Source: the human T2T-CHM13v2.0 reference genome, Homo sapiens. Taken from it: 64,000 bases of DNA. Below are positions 28,520 to 44,299 of the stretch, in pieces (the stretch's first letter is position 1; each line of letters opens with the position of its first letter). The DNA lies in NCBI RefSeq assembly GCF_009914755.1, contig NC_060935.1. The stretch is one strand, 5' to 3'. A model generated the notes under the pieces. It searched no databases. It was not told the origin of the DNA and saw only the letters and a list, made by a program, of their open reading frames with translations. The position numbers and the translations under genes are program-made.

Positions 28520-29473
28520 AGCATAAGAATCAGGATTCTAAAAATAGCCCTTCAAGATTTCCATCCTCTTGTTACTCAATCAATTACTAAACAAGGTGTT
28601 GCAGTGAAGGAATTTTACAGGTGTAATTGAAATCCGTCAGTTGACCTTAAACTACTGGAGATTATTTGAATATAGCTGGCTGCTAAAGTTTGAATATTCC
28701 CTCCAAAACTTACGTTGAAATGTAATTGCCATTATGACTGTATTAGGAAGTGGGACTATTAAAAGGTGATTAAGCCATGAAGACTCCATCCTCATGAATG
28801 AATTAATGTGGTTGTCATTGGAAGTGGGATGCTATAAAAGCGAGTTCAGTTCTGTCTCTCACTCTTGCACTCCCTTGCCCTTCCACCTTCCACCATGGCA
28901 TAATAAAGCCCAAAGGACCACACCAGACACTGGTACCATGTTCTTAGGCTTCTCAGATTCCAGAACTATGAGCCAAATAAACTTCTATTGTTTATGAATT
29001 AACCAGCCTCAGGTACTCTGTTATAGTGGCAAAAAAATGGACTAAGACACTGATGCAATGAAGTGACATCTTTACAAGCCGAATTTTCTTTTGCTGAAGG
29101 CAGAAAAAGCCAGAGAGATATGCACATCCATTGTCTTTGTGGAAGAAATCAAATATATATGTTCTAAAATTTCAAGGGGCAGCCTACAAAAGCTGAGAGC
29201 AGCCCCCACCAACAGACAGCAAGAAAACAGCTAACAGCTGCAAGGTAATGAAATATTTCAACAATCAGTGAGTTTGGAAGAGGATCCAGACCCTCAGATG
29301 AGGATTGCAGCCCTGGCAACACTTTTATTCAGCCAGTCTCTGAGACCTAAACAGAGAATCCACATAACCATGACCAGACTCTTGACCCATGGAAAACATG
29401 AGATAATAAATGTGTTGTTTTAACATGCTGAGTTTGTAGTGATCTGTTATGGTATCAATAGAAAACTAATACA
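28520..29473 (+). mobile_element. MLT1E-type MaLR LTR, split by an MSTC/D LTR
   Basis: GTGAAGGAATTTTACAGGTGTAATT...CAGTTGACCTTAA; ends AATAGAAAACTAATACA. Confidence 0.75.
28681..29049 (+). mobile_element. MSTC/MSTD solo LTR
   Basis: TGCTAAAGTTTGAAT...ATGGACTAAGACA; decayed 5-bp TSD CTGGC/CTGAT. Confidence 0.75.
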
Positions 29474-30076
29474 AAAAAATATGAAAATAGCACAGAGATA
29501 ACAGTAGTCTGATATAAATATTGGTTTTCTAGGAATTAAGCTATAGTAATGGTAAAGAGTGGTAGTTAACTTTAGTTGAATGAGATAGCCACTAACAGAA
29601 TGTCAGGCTGAGTTTAGACTCCATCTGCTAGAGAATCAATATAGCATGGGAGTCTCATGGTGACAAGATCTATTTTATGCTCATATGTAGTGTGGCTTAA
29701 GAGTACAAGAGAGTGCAGAACGGAAGCCCCTCAGAGAGACGCAAAGAAAGAGGCAAAAGAGGAATAGAGTAGATGAGTAGAAGACGTTACCTATTAGAAA
29801 AGGTACTCTGATGGGCCCGAGAAACATTATGGCCAATCATTTACTAGAGAAAGAAAGTTTGGAATATAGGGCTGTGGGAATGAAAAGTAGACCAATCTGA
29901 AGGAGTGAGGAGAAAATTAACAGATTCTTTGAAAATATTTGGACACTCTGTGTGACTGAGGGGATAAAAGGTATTAAAGAAAAAAGATTAGAATGTTAGA
30001 AAGTGAAGGAAAGAAAAAGTGTAGGAATTCTAAGAGAAATTTATCAAAAGGATCCCCCTTTGAAAGGTGAAGTTCA

Positions 30077-30759
<683 letters not shown>

Positions 30760-31102
30760 TTACTATAGTTTTATAAAAGTATGTTCATGTAGAAGTGAAC
30801 AGAGGTTATAACCATTGGTTAAAATTTAGAATTTTATGTCAATTGATATACAATTTAAAATTTTTTGAAAATATATCAGATACTTAGATTGTCAAGGGAA
30901 TGGTAAGGACAATTAATGTGTTCCTTTGAAATGACTGTGGGTCATGCAATTAGAGATCACTTTTATTCAATTGAGAGAAAACGATCTGGAGTGCAAAAGA
31001 GTGATGAAGATAGTAGATGTACTGAATCCATGACAATAACTAAACTTTTAAAACATCATAGCAGCAGAAAAAGAAAGGTTTGCTTATATGTACAGAAAAG
31101 TG

Positions 31103-31275
31103 TCAGCCAGTCTCTGAGACCTAAACAGAGAATCCACCTGACCGTGACCAGACTCTTGACCCATGGAAAACATGAGATAAATGTGTTGTTTTAAGCTGCT
31201 GAGTTTGTAGTGATCTGTTATGATAGCAGTAGAAAACTAATACAAAAACTAATACAAAAAACTAATACTAAAACT
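31103..31275 (+). repeat. Local duplicate of the MLT1E 3' end (29329-29473) plus (AAAACTAATAC)x3
   Basis: Direct alignment shows 8 substitutions and one 3-nt indel over ~145 nt. Confidence 0.9.
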
Positions 31276-31815
31276 CACAGAAGTTTACAATGAAAGAAAT
31301 TTCTAAATTTGAAGTTATGTGAGGGCTGCAGCTTCTGATAAGTTCTCAGTCAATGAACAAAGAAAATAGACTCGATATTAATGAGTGCTCATAGGCATTA
31401 TGTTTGCAATTTTCTCGTGACTTTAATTCTTACAAACTGCAAGGTGTTTTTTTTTTTTTGCCAAGAAGACACTGAAATTCAAAGACTTTAATTAATAAGC
31501 CTCTAAATCAACAGTGGTAGAACCTAGGGAATATGAGATTATAATCTTATTATGTATAATTTCAAATCTGAATCTGTAGTTCATTATTCTCTATTACCTC
31601 CTTCTAGCCTCTGTTCATTGGGACTCTGTGAACTGAAGTTTTAACAAGTACCAAATACATAGTTTGATTTAAAGAAGGAAATCCTTTCCTTTAGCTGGCC
31701 AAAAGTTTTAGAAAACACAAGTACGTCAAAGAGAAGATATTAAAATCGACTAATGTTTCAGATGTATGGCATTATTGCTGATGCATATGTCCAATACTGG
31801 CAAACACAGCTGCAT

Positions 31816-31834
31816 GCGCGCACACACACATACA

Positions 31835-31876
<42 letters not shown>

Positions 31877-31921
31877 AGAGACAGACAGACAGACACAGGG
31901 AGAGAGACAGAGAGAGAGAGA
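31816..31921. repeat. Compound (CA)n/(GA)n/(GACA)n microsatellite
   Basis: Seen directly. Confidence 0.95.
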
Positions 31922-32197
31922 CCTCAAAGCCCCAAAGACCCAGATTATATCTTTTCTTCAGCACTTACTGAATGTATGACATATTGAAGGCCTGCAACAA
32001 ATGTTGCTTTATCTCAACCTGCAATTTGATTTGGAAGCAGAGAACTGAGATAATTTAAAGTTCTTTTCTAATTGCAACTGTCTTAAATGTATATTCAATA
32101 AGTATTAGTAAACATATAGAGCTATGCAACTATCACCACAATCCACATTTAGAACATTTTCATTATTCCAAAGAGATTGCTTGTGTCTATTTGCAGT

Positions 32198-32648
32198 CGT
32201 GAAAGGAAAGTAAATCTTGGGGCCCCGAAATCACTAAGTTAAAGGGAAAAGTCAAGCTGGAAACTGCTTAGGGCAATCCTGCCTCCCATTCTATTCAAAG
32301 TCACCCCTCTGCTCACTAAGATAAATGCATATTTGATTGCCTCCTTTGGAGAGGCTACTCAGAAACTCAAAACAGTGCAACAATTTGTCTCTGACGTACC
32401 TATGATCTGGAAGACCCCTCCCCACTCCAAGTTGTCCCACCTCTCTGGACCGAACTAATGTTCATCTTACATATGTTGATTGATGTCTTGTGTCTCCCTA
32501 AAATGTATAAAACCAAACTGTGCTCCGACCACCTTGGACACATGTCGTCAGGACCTCCTGAGGCTGTGTCATGGGCGCACGTCCTCAACCTTAGCAAAAT
32601 AAACTTTCTAAATTAACTGAGACCTATCTCAGATATTCGGGGTTCATA
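32198..32648 (+). mobile_element. MER4A1 solo LTR (ERV1)
   Basis: GTGAAAGGAAAGTAAATCTTGGGGCCCC...ATATTCGGGGTTCA; TSD CAGT/GAGT. Confidence 0.85.
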
Positions 32649-33280
32649 GAGTAAATCTCTACTGTCATACTCAGCCCCAGTCAACCATTTATCTACTTTG
32701 TCTTTACAGATTTTTCTTTCTTGAGCATTTCACATAAACGGGATTATAGAATATGTAGTCTTTTGTGTCCGACTTCTTTAATTTAGCATGTTTTGGGGAT
32801 TCATTGATTTAGAGCATATACTTTTTATGACTAAATAGTATTCCATTGCACAGATAAAACACGTTTTGTTTATCCATACACCAGTTGATGAACATTAGGA
32901 CTATTTTCAGTTTGGGGCTAACATTGCTATGAGCAGTCAAATACAAAAATTTTTGTGGTCTAATTTACCTTGGATAGATTCCTAGGAATAGAATCATGAG
33001 GCCATATAGTACATTTATTTTTAACTTTCAAAAAAATTGCAAACTATTTTCCAAAGCAACTACATTACATTGCATTCCAATCTGCACTTATGGAGGGTTC
33101 CAGTTTGTCCACATTCTTATTAACATTTGTTACTCTCTTTTTATTATAACCATTCTAGTGAGCATGAAGCATTATTTCATTGATATTAATTTACGTTCCC
33201 TAATGATTAAGAATGTTGAACATTCCTTGGTGTATTTATTGACCTTCTATATTTTCTTTGGTAAAATGTCTATTCAAATC

Positions 33281-33638
33281 TCTTACAGACTGAATGTTAA
33301 TACCTTCCAAAATTCATAGGTTGAAAACATGACCCCTATGTGATAGTATTGGTAAGTGAGATCTTCAGGAGATAATTAGATCATGAGGGTGAAGCCCTCA
33401 TGGATGGAATTAGTGCCATTATATAAAAGATCCCAGGGAACTCTCACATTCCCTTTCTGCCAAATAATACAATGACAAGTTGGCAGTCTGCGACCCAGAG
33501 AAGGAACCTCACAAGAACTCAACCATGCTGGCACCCTAATCTCAGACTTCTAACCTTCGGTATTCCAAGAAATACATTTCTGTTGTGTATAAACACCCTA
33601 GCCTATGGTACTTTGTTATAGCTTCCTAAATTAAGACA
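33281..33638 (+). mobile_element. MLT1A/MLT1A0 LTR
   Basis: AGACTGAATGTT...CCAAAATTCATA.GTTGAAA...TAAGACA; TSD approximately AAATC. Confidence 0.8.
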
Positions 33639-34146
33639 AAAATCTCTATTTTTAACTGGATTGTTTTCTCATTATTGGGTTGTAAGAGGTATTTATATGT
33701 TCAGGATACAAGTCATTTATCAGAGATATAACACATAAACATTTTCTGCCAGCCTGTGGCTTGTCTTTTTGTTTTCTTAATATTTATTTTTCAAGTGCCA
33801 AAGGTTTTTGAAGTTGATGGAAGTCCAAATATTTACTGTATACATTTTATGGGTCATGCTTTTGATGTCATATGTGCAAACTTTTTTCTTAACACAAGGT
33901 CATGTAGATTTCCTCTCATGTTTTATTCTACAAGACTTACAGTTTTAACACTTAGATTTACATATGTACTTCATTTTAATTAATATTTATGAATAGTGTG
34001 TGGTAGCTCTAAATTTATCTTTTTTATATCCAATTTCCTCTGCACAATTTGTTAAAAAGTATGTACTTTTTCCATTAAGTCGATTTGTCACCATCATCAA
34101 AAATCAATTGACCTTAAGCATGAGGCTTCATTATTTACTTATTTAA

Positions 34147-34441
<295 letters not shown>

Positions 34442-35760
34442 ATTTTTTATTTTTAATTCTGTTCTATTTCTATGTGTGACTATTCTCAGGCAAGCACGAT
34501 GTTGTTTTGTTAACTAAGACAACACTGTACTTTATACTAAGCTCTGACTTTAGGAAGTATAGGTCATCCACCTTTATTTTTTCCTCAAAATGATTTTGAC
34601 TACTCTCAATCCTTTATATGTAAATTTTTAGATCTGCTTGTTGATTTCTGCAGATAAAAAATCTGCTGAATTTTTATAGGAATTACATTGAATCTGTGTA
34701 TCAATTTGGAGAGAATTGCCAATTTAATAATATTGAGTATTCAACTCCATGAAGAAAGAATGCCTCTCTACTAATTTATATATCAGCAATGTTGTGTAGG
34801 TTTCAGTGCAGCTCTTGGAATTTTGTTAAAATTATTGTAAAGCATCTATTTTTTACTATTATGATTGGAATAATTTTCATAATTTCACATTTGGTGTGTG
34901 TGTTGTTAATATATAGAAACATTGGATTTTTATCCTGTGACCTTGCTGAACTTCTCTATTACATTTGAGGTAGGGGTGTGTGTGTGTGTTTTCTATGGTA
35001 TTTCTTAAGATTTTATACATAGAGCATTATACTGTTAGAGATTACAGACAGTGTTGCTTCTTTTTGTCAATCCGATGACTTTTTTTCCTCTTTCCCTTAC
35101 TTCACTAGCAGCACAATAGTAAATAGTAATGACACAAACAGATCCCTTTGATTTGTCCTGATTTTAGAGGAGATTCATTCAGTCATTCACCATATGTTTA
35201 GCATTTTTCTATTTGTTTTCTACATATCTGATGCTTTTTTTCCTTTTCCTCTTTTACTTTTTGTGTATGCTTGTTAAATAGATAGTATACTGTATGCCTT
35301 TCAAATATATTTACTTTTTGGCATGGTTGTTCTAAGGATTGAAGTGTGCCTCTTAATATGCCACAAGCTATCAGGAAATGTGGGTGTTTGTGGGGAGAAA
35401 TAGTGAATTTTAACTATGTTAATGTCACAAAAATATGTTTTCATTCATCAGGCTGCTGTTACATCTCACCCATTCATCTCATTTTGGTAAGTAGAATAAG
35501 CCAGTTTTCCTAAGAGTGTACCTCTGTGACGGCATAAATTAAAATTAAAGGATGAGCAATTTCATGGAAACTTGGTATTTGATATAAATACAGTGATGTT
35601 TTCCTCCTTGTTCTCAGGGCAAAGCTCTCTGTCCCCATCCCCAAAATGTATTGCAAAAATGAAAAACTGCCTTCAAATGTCTGCAGAGCTTGGCATGGTC
35701 CCAGAGCTGAATATATCCTTGAGGCTGTTAAGTCCACTGGTTCTTCTGGCATTGGCATCA

Positions 35761-36105
<345 letters not shown>

Positions 36106-36699
36106 CTAAATCTCAGGCACCAAGATAGCAGTTATAAATACGTTATTACACTTTTGGAGTAGACAAAATTGTTATTATTCTATGACTGATATTTAATGAG
36201 TCCCCACTCATATAGTTATTTACTATGATTCCAGCACAGAACTAAGACTTTTTATTACCCACTTTCAGAGCATGCAAGTGCATATTCTTGAGGTTCATCC
36301 CCCAGGGGTAGATTATATCCTTGCTGGATGAACCCTTTGGCCAGGAAGAAGTCAGGGAACAGTTGTTTTGGGGTTATAGATGGAGCATGCATGGGCTCTG
36401 ATTTTCACCTGTGTATATCTGAGGTCTCGTGCTAACCAAATGAGCTGGCAGTGGAAAGAGATGCCTATGGGCCAAAGACAGCAGACTAGGAATGAGCTAC
36501 CTCTGCTTGTTCAGAACTTTAAGGAGTTCAAGAATTTTAAATCTTAAATTGAACTTTCAGGTAATTATGAAGATATTAAGGTAAGAATAAAAAACACATT
36601 TTATTGAACAGTATGTTAGCTTGCCTTATACCTTTTACATACTGAGACATGTGTACGATCTACTTCATATATATTCCTGATTTTGGCCAGCAATTGTCT

Positions 36700-37090
36700 G
36701 GAATGGGATAAGATATTAATGTCACCTCTATACAAGTGAGAAAACCTGAGACTAAGAGAAGTTAACCAATTTGGCTAAGGTCACAAAGCCATAAATAAAA
36801 GCTGATCTGATTCCAAAAGACATAAAAACTACTATGTTATTATTTTTCCAACAATGTTGTAAGATCATGCTGCTAATATCTGGTGAAACTTAAGTTCAGT
36901 TTCATTGATTTCAAAGTCTGCAAACTTTCAGTGAATCTACCTTACCATAATGGAGTCCAAGGAATATAAAAAGCAAGCTTAAGATGAGAAGAGATAGTCT
37001 TTCTTTTTTACTCTGTATTCTCACATCTCCAACTAGGTGTCTACAAGGACATAGTAGGCACTCAATAAATATTTATTGAAGGAATGATGG
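36700..37090. mobile_element. MIR (-) and L2 3' end (+) fragments
   Basis: GAGAAGTTAACCAATTTGGCTAAGGTCACA; CATAGTAGGCACTCAATAAATATTTATTGAA. Confidence 0.6.
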
Positions 37091-38826
37091 AATTTAATAA
37101 ATCTAAGCTGGCATTTACAGCTGCATTGGCATGGACTCATATAGGATATATGACTGTAATCTACCACTGATCTCGTACCTCAAGAATAGAGAAATATAAC
37201 AGTGGGAAAAAAACTCTGATTAACCATTCATTCTGGATGTGAGGGAAGAACTTGCTTCTCTGAAGTCATGATTCCACTGCTTTCTACAAGCTGATTTATT
37301 TTTAAAAAAGAAAAAAAATGGGGAGGATAGGAGAGAAAGAAAAAGAAGGAAAAAAGAAAGAAAAATAATGTTGCCCATTTCAATGTAGGCTTTTATCTTG
37401 AAAAGGAAAAGAGTGGTGTTGTGTCTTCAAATCTGTAAAAGCAACCTATAAAAACAGAACAAAACAAAAACCCACAACAAAATGAATCAATCAATGGCTC
37501 ATTCGGCAATGCAATACCATCTGCTCATGACATACATCCCTGGGTGAGTCAGCAAAAGGCAAAATTAGCAATTCAACTAATTATGAATTTTTCAGGTAAA
37601 TGGGTCATAAACTGAGATTTAAGAGTTGTAAAGGAGCCGGTGCTACAAACTGCCAAAAGGATATGATCTGCTACGGGAGGTGCATTGCAGAGGCAGGCTC
37701 TCACTTCAGAGAACAAGCACCTAGAGACAGGAGCCACAAACCATGTCACGAAAATAAATTTAAATCCTGAAAAAGATCAGCATGTCTACAGATAAAAACC
37801 TCCACTCACACAGGGGGCAAACCTTTGAAAGGGTCAAATTGAGGGCTGGCTCTATGGTTGGTGCACCCACAATGGTTAGTGATAAATGATGCCCGAGCTT
37901 GGCTCATTCCAGTGCTGGTGGGGCTGGTTTAATACAGAAAGTTACATCAGTTGTAAAATGAGACTTTACCAACAGCATAGCATTAATAATCCTTTGTTTT
38001 TATGCAGGAGAATTGTATTATATTTACTATGGGCTTAAAAATCTCCTCTAGGATTTCTGTTGCTTAAGTGTCTCTTGCTAACAGGAGCTTGGTTAAATTG
38101 CTGTTAAGAACAGAGAAGAGAGGTTGTAAATTGGAGACTTCCCAATTCCCAGAGCTACTCAAGAATCCTGTACAGTTGAGGGACATTAATATCTCATACA
38201 ATCCTACTGCAGTCTTGAAAAATAATAATATTAAAAAAAACCTTCGTTCCTCTCCACCACATTTCCAACTCTATTTTATCTCAAATAAAAATATTTTCAC
38301 CTCTCGTTTTCTTTATGACCTTGGTGCCTTTACCTCTCCAGGCGGGATAGTCTTTTATCACTATCAGCTTTGGTTCTAACCTTTGATGATGCTTTCTGGG
38401 CTTTTCTGGGACAGTAAATACTCCTGAATGACACTGGATTCTTCATATTCTTGCTCCTGTTTCAAGAAGTAGTCTCAGCCCTCTGCAGGCACCAAGTATT
38501 CTAATGGGACAACCAAGAAAACAGGTAACAACAAGGACATACAGTCCAGGACTGTTCAGCTGGATTTGAGGAGTGTTCTTTAAAGTCTAATGAAAGGCTA
38601 CTTTCTGGGCGGGCATGCAAAGGCAAAGCAACAGGAGGCATTCTTGAGACCAAATCACCCTTTACATTGTCTGTGTCTAGACTGAACAACCACACAGGAA
38701 TTAAATGTGTGGCAAGAAACAAAGAACCTTGAATAACCCAGGAAAAATATATCCAAAGTTTACAAGCAATTTATTTACTCATTCCTAACATCCCCTCCAG
38801 ATTCTGGGGGGTTGACATAAACTTGT

Positions 38827-39130
38827 ATTCATTCAACATCCATTCAACAAGTAGTTACTGAATGCCAACTGCACATCAGTCAATGTGCTAGGCACTTGGG
38901 AATGAGAGAAGACACAATCTAGTCCCTGACCTCAGCCAAGGCATAGTCTAAAGGGAAAAACATATCTAGTACTGAAGAAAGGTAAAGACAATGTATAAGC
39001 CCCAAGAAAAAAAAGTTTATGACTCTGCCCACAATACCTAATTGCATTTGAGCTACAACTTGACTGATGAATAGGATGAAAACTCAAGATCATTTTAGGA
39101 AGTGCCTTAGAAAGAATAACTAATGCAAAG
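38827..39130 (-). mobile_element. L2 fragment
   Basis: ATTCATTCAACA...TTACTGAATGCC...GTGCTAGGCACTTGGGA. Confidence 0.65.
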
Positions 39131-39232
39131 GCAAAGAGAAGTGTATTTAGAAAAGAATAATTCCAGAATTTATGGATTACAGAATTCAAGGTAGAAAACA
39201 AGAAACTAGAAAAGTAAATTGTGGCTGGATTT

Positions 39233-39535
39233 TTATTTTTATTTATTTATTTTTTTAGATGGAGTCTCGCTCTGTCACCCAGGCTGGAGTGCAGTGGCAC
39301 ATCTCGGCTCACTGTAAGCTCTGCCTCACGGGTTCACGCCATTCTCCTGCCCCAGCCTCCCGAGTAGCTGGGACTACAGGCGCCCGCCACCACACTCGGC
39401 TAATTTTTTGTATTTTTAGTAGAGACGGGCTGTCACTGTGTTAGCCAGGATGGTCTCAATCTCCTGACCTCGTGATCCACCCGCCTTGGCCTCCCAAAGT
39501 GCTGGGATTACAAGCATGAGCCACCACACCTAGCC
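39233..39535 (-). mobile_element. AluY
   Basis: TSD TGGCTGGATTT. Confidence 0.95.
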
Positions 39536-39612
39536 ATGGCTGGATTTGTAAAGGTACTTTATATTTTAGACTATATTTCCAAACTTCTTTTTTGCAGTTA
39601 GTTATTTTTAGG

Positions 39613-40032
39613 TGTATCTGGCTGTTAGGGCAGCCACAACAAAGTACCACAAACTGGGTGACTTAAATAACAGAAATATATTGACACAGTTCTAAAGGCT
39701 AGAAGTTCAAAATCAAGGTGCTGGCAGAGTTGGTTCCTCCCAAGGGCTTGTAGGGTAGGATCTATTCCAAGCTTCTCTTACTTGGCTTGTAAAAGGCCAT
39801 CTTCTCTCTGTCTCTTCATATTGTCTTCCTTCTATGTGTGTCTCTGTGTTCACATTGCCTTTTTTTTTTAAATAAGAACACCAGTTATATTGGGTTAGAG
39901 CCCCCCGCAGTGACCTCACTTTGATTACCTGCATGAAAGTCACATTCTGAGATACTACGAGTTCAGATTTCAACATATAAATTGGTGGGGTTCCGGGGTA
40001 GGCAGTGGCAGAGAATTCAACTTATGATATCA
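39613..40032 (-). mobile_element. MLT1B/C LTR
   Basis: ACAAAGTACCACAAACTGGGTGACTTAAATAACAGAAAT...AAAATCAAGGTG. Confidence 0.8.
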
Positions 40033-40035
40033 AGT

Positions 40036-40385
40036 GACTGAATTCTGAATATTGAATTATAGGGAGAGAGAAGTCATATAAACGATCTTTATGTCTGGCC
40101 CATTAAAAACCTTCCTGATGCAGGTATAAACCTCTAGGCTCTTACCTCTTTCTGCTGTCTTGAGAAAAATAAGCACAGTAACTATGGAAGCCACCAGCTA
40201 AAGCTGCAACACTACAAGACACAAGATAACTGAGGATCTTGAATCACCCTTGAAATGAGACCACTCAGCCTGCCAGGATCATACATCTTGGATATTACAC
40301 AGCAAGAAATAAATATGTACTGCATTTGAGCCATGGTACAAATTGAATTTGTTCAACAAATAGGAAACAACTTTATAAAACTAGT
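40036..40385 (+). mobile_element. Old MLT1 (J/K-like) LTR fragment
   Basis: GCAAGAAATAAATATGTACTGCATTTGAGCCAT terminal motif. Confidence 0.45.
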
Positions 40386-41699
40386 CAAGTGGTCTTAGGC
40401 TGACAGCATACAACACACACATGCCCACGTGCAGGCACACACACAGAAATGCTTAAAAACTGAATTATCTATCTTAAAATGAAAGTAAGAATATACACGT
40501 TCCTCTGTTAAGGAGGAAATGGGCTTATTTACCTCAACTTATAGGACATAACAGGCCTAAGACACTGAGTTAATTCCCCAATAAGGCAGCCAAGAGAGAT
40601 CTCAAAATTTCTGAGGAAAGTGTATAATAAACCTCATCTATGGGGATCCGTAGGTGATCATCCAAATTCTTCAGCTATCATGGGCCTCAAACTGTATCAT
40701 CAGCTATACCTCGACTTTCAAGATAAATATATAAAACTCATGTTAAGAGAAACGTAAATAAAATATTTCCAGTATTATTTTATGGAACATTGTTTAAGCC
40801 TTTACAACTACAAACAAATTCTAAATAATTTTAAAATATGCAAGATTTCAAGTTACTTTCTCACCAGTTAATGTTCAAATTACAGTTGCGATAGAAAATA
40901 TATAAAGTAATATTTACATATTATATAAAGTTAACAGTTTGAATCCACCTGAAGTTAAATAAGACTAGAAAATGTAGGCTAGAGAAATATTTCACCATAT
41001 TTGTTGATACTCTGAGTCATGTAAGTGTTTAAATTTGAATTATAATGCAAAAATTTGGAGATAAATTATCGTGTACGATTGATAAACCACAGAATATTAG
41101 CTCTAGGCCACTCCAGTTCCTTTCAAAGAGTTGGCTTCTAATTATCTGCTGATGTCTGTACTAAATTTAATAGCCAAGAGATTTGGATCTTACACATTTA
41201 GTGAGATACAATAGCCGTATGCACTTGTCAATGACTCATATTTATCAGTTATCACCTATATTAACGGAGATAAGGAACAGATCTTAAAAGTTAAGCTGTA
41301 GGATCTTGATTCCAGACATAAAATTAGAATTTGTACTTTAGTAGAAATGCACAGTAAGAGAACTGCATAATTGCTTGGAGAACTTTATTAATAACCAAAT
41401 GCTCAAATGAGCAGAGCAACTTTGTTATTACAATGTACTATGCCAAAATGAGTCTGTTCATATATTTGCCAATTTCATTTTGCCCAACAGTTCACTGAGT
41501 TCAATTACTGAGTTGTTTCATTTTACTGGAATCTTTAGAACATTGCCAAAATAACAAAAATAACTAATGAATGAAGTCAAACGAAGACCATTTGGGGACA
41601 ATCAGATTATTTTCCCCCTTGATTTCTTCTTACCTTCTGGAACACCTTGGTTTAATAAAATTCTGTGTGGTGTGTATTCTTCTCCCCTAGAGTTAATGT

Positions 41700-41850
41700 C
41701 TTTATTCATTTGATTAATAAATTCTTAGTGAGAATTTACTATGTGCTTATTCTAGTGAAACATTTAGAATATAATTGTGAGTAAACCAGGCAAAGTTCTT
41801 ACCTTCATGTAGCTAATATTCTAAAGGAGACAGATAATTAAACAATAATA
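41700..41850 (-). mobile_element. L2 fragment
   Basis: TTTATTCATTTGATTAATAAA...TACTATGTGC...CTTACCTTCATGTAGCT. Confidence 0.55.
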
Positions 41851-43938
41851 ATAATGCGGCTTAATGTGAGTACAGTTTTAAATTCATGACTGGTTTCAAA
41901 TCTTTTGAGTTGGTGATGGATTCCAGAATAAGATCTAAATTGCTTTACTTTCCTTATTAGACAATATAGCAGTAGTATAATTATATATATTGTTTGGAAA
42001 TATTATAATAAATGTGTTGCTAAGTACAAGGAATTTCTATATCACTTTGTTAACCATAATTTAGAATAATAGGCATCAGGGAGCATCAGGAAAACTAAAT
42101 TCAAGTGAAGGCTTTTTAAGTTGCATATCCTTGAGAAAAAACTAGATCTTATGCCTCTTATTGTATTATCTTTTAAATGAGGACTGTGCTAGCAGGCTCA
42201 TAAAACCATGGCAAGAAAGTATTTTTTATGTTAATTAAAGAAAATGTTCCTCATCAAATAAGGCATTAGAAAAACAGATATTTTGGCACATGTCATAAAC
42301 ATGTTAACTACTGCTTATACAAAATTATCCTATTGTCCTAGAATAATTACAGTATTTACATAGTTCTAACAACTCATTCACCTATAAAGGCTTCTTTTAT
42401 TGTCTAGCTATATAGGACAGGGAAAATAAAGAGATGAACAAATCAAGGACAAAGGGATAGCTATATGATTCAACTATTCAATAATAGTATCTGATTTTCC
42501 ATTCCCAGTCACCTTGGTGGTAAGTAGAGTTGCTTAAGTTTATTTAGTGTTCAATAATATAGTCACAAAGTATACTAGAAATTTCACATAGCACAACTTC
42601 CTTTGCATCGTTTTTTGGCTTTGACATCAGACATAAGAGCGTAAGAAAGAAAATAGGGTTTAAGTTCATTTCTCTTCATGTAGCTGTTTTAAACAAAAGT
42701 GAAGGATTTTTTCCAAGACAGTATTAGAGAAATTTTATCACTACTGAAAAAAATCTCAAATTATGCAATGTAAAACATAGTCTCTATCTGCTGTTGTGTA
42801 TATTTTTAAATGGTGTTAAAAGGAAATACGGAAGAAATAAAACTGATAACCCAGTTGTTTGGTGACATATGCAAAAATAACATATGCCAGGGCTCCCTAC
42901 AAGGCACTATAAAAAGAAAAGCATTTCATGAAACTAAATGTTTCTAAAACTTAGATCAGCTGAGAAATTAAATGGAATCAGTTAAGTTGAATTTAAGTAG
43001 TCATGACCCCTAAGGATTATAATGGCTGCATTTTAATTATATTTTTTAAAAAACTAAACTAGTCAGTCATCTGGGAGAACAATGATGTTTCCTTGTTTCT
43101 CAGGGCTTAACAATTTGTGAATATAGTTATCATCAATGACAGTCATTTAAAAATATATGTTTCTTAATAAAAGTTGGTAATATTATCTTAAAACTCATTT
43201 TTATTTCAAGATGAAGTAGATTTGGCTACAAATGTTATCTGACAATTGTTTTACTACCAAATAAAAATAGCTTGAAAATATATTACAGACATTTCAGCAT
43301 TGCCATAGAAGTATGTGCTGAGATATTAATGACTCTTCATAAATATATTTGTCTTAAAATATTATAAAGGTTGTGGTTAAGCTACTATAGACATAAAACA
43401 AATCATTGACCATTTATTTATCCACTCAGTCTTCTTTTCTCAAATGAATGATGGCCTTACATTTGGGCATCTTTTACAACTCTTACATTAAGCTCTTCCA
43501 TGAAGAGAATGTGATAAATTTGTACAAAACCCATTCAAGGTATTATTGTCTTCATAAAAACATTATTTTATGAGTCCCAAATTATAAGTGCCCTTTTCTG
43601 CCCCCACTCTGAAGTTCTCTCATGTCTTAATTCATAAATATGTACAGAAACTTAGTGCCAAATTTAGTTTATAGTCAAATAACTACAAGTGTGCAGTATA
43701 GCAAAAGTAGACAAGAGTTTCTTTGTAGTAGACACAGTTACTCCCTTATAACCTTACATATATTATAATACAAAAATTGAAAGTAGTGTAAATTAGTTTA
43801 TTCATTTAACATATAAACATTGAGAACTTACTACATTCACCCCAAGTGCAGAGACCACCGTGGTAAGAAAGATAACTTTGCCCTCATGTAGTATATGTAT
43901 GCATGTATATGTGTAGATGTGTAAACAGAAGGCATTAA

Positions 43939-44299
<361 letters not shown>

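Noticed and set aside
31753-31987. RE/RD-rich ORFs
   Set aside because: These are translations of a (GA)n microsatellite.
36290-36690. Possible hAT-type DNA transposon remnant
   Set aside because: It looks familiar, but I cannot define TIRs or name the family reliably.
37800-37822. CTCF-like CACACAGGGGGCA
   Set aside because: It matches only the 3' half of the core motif.
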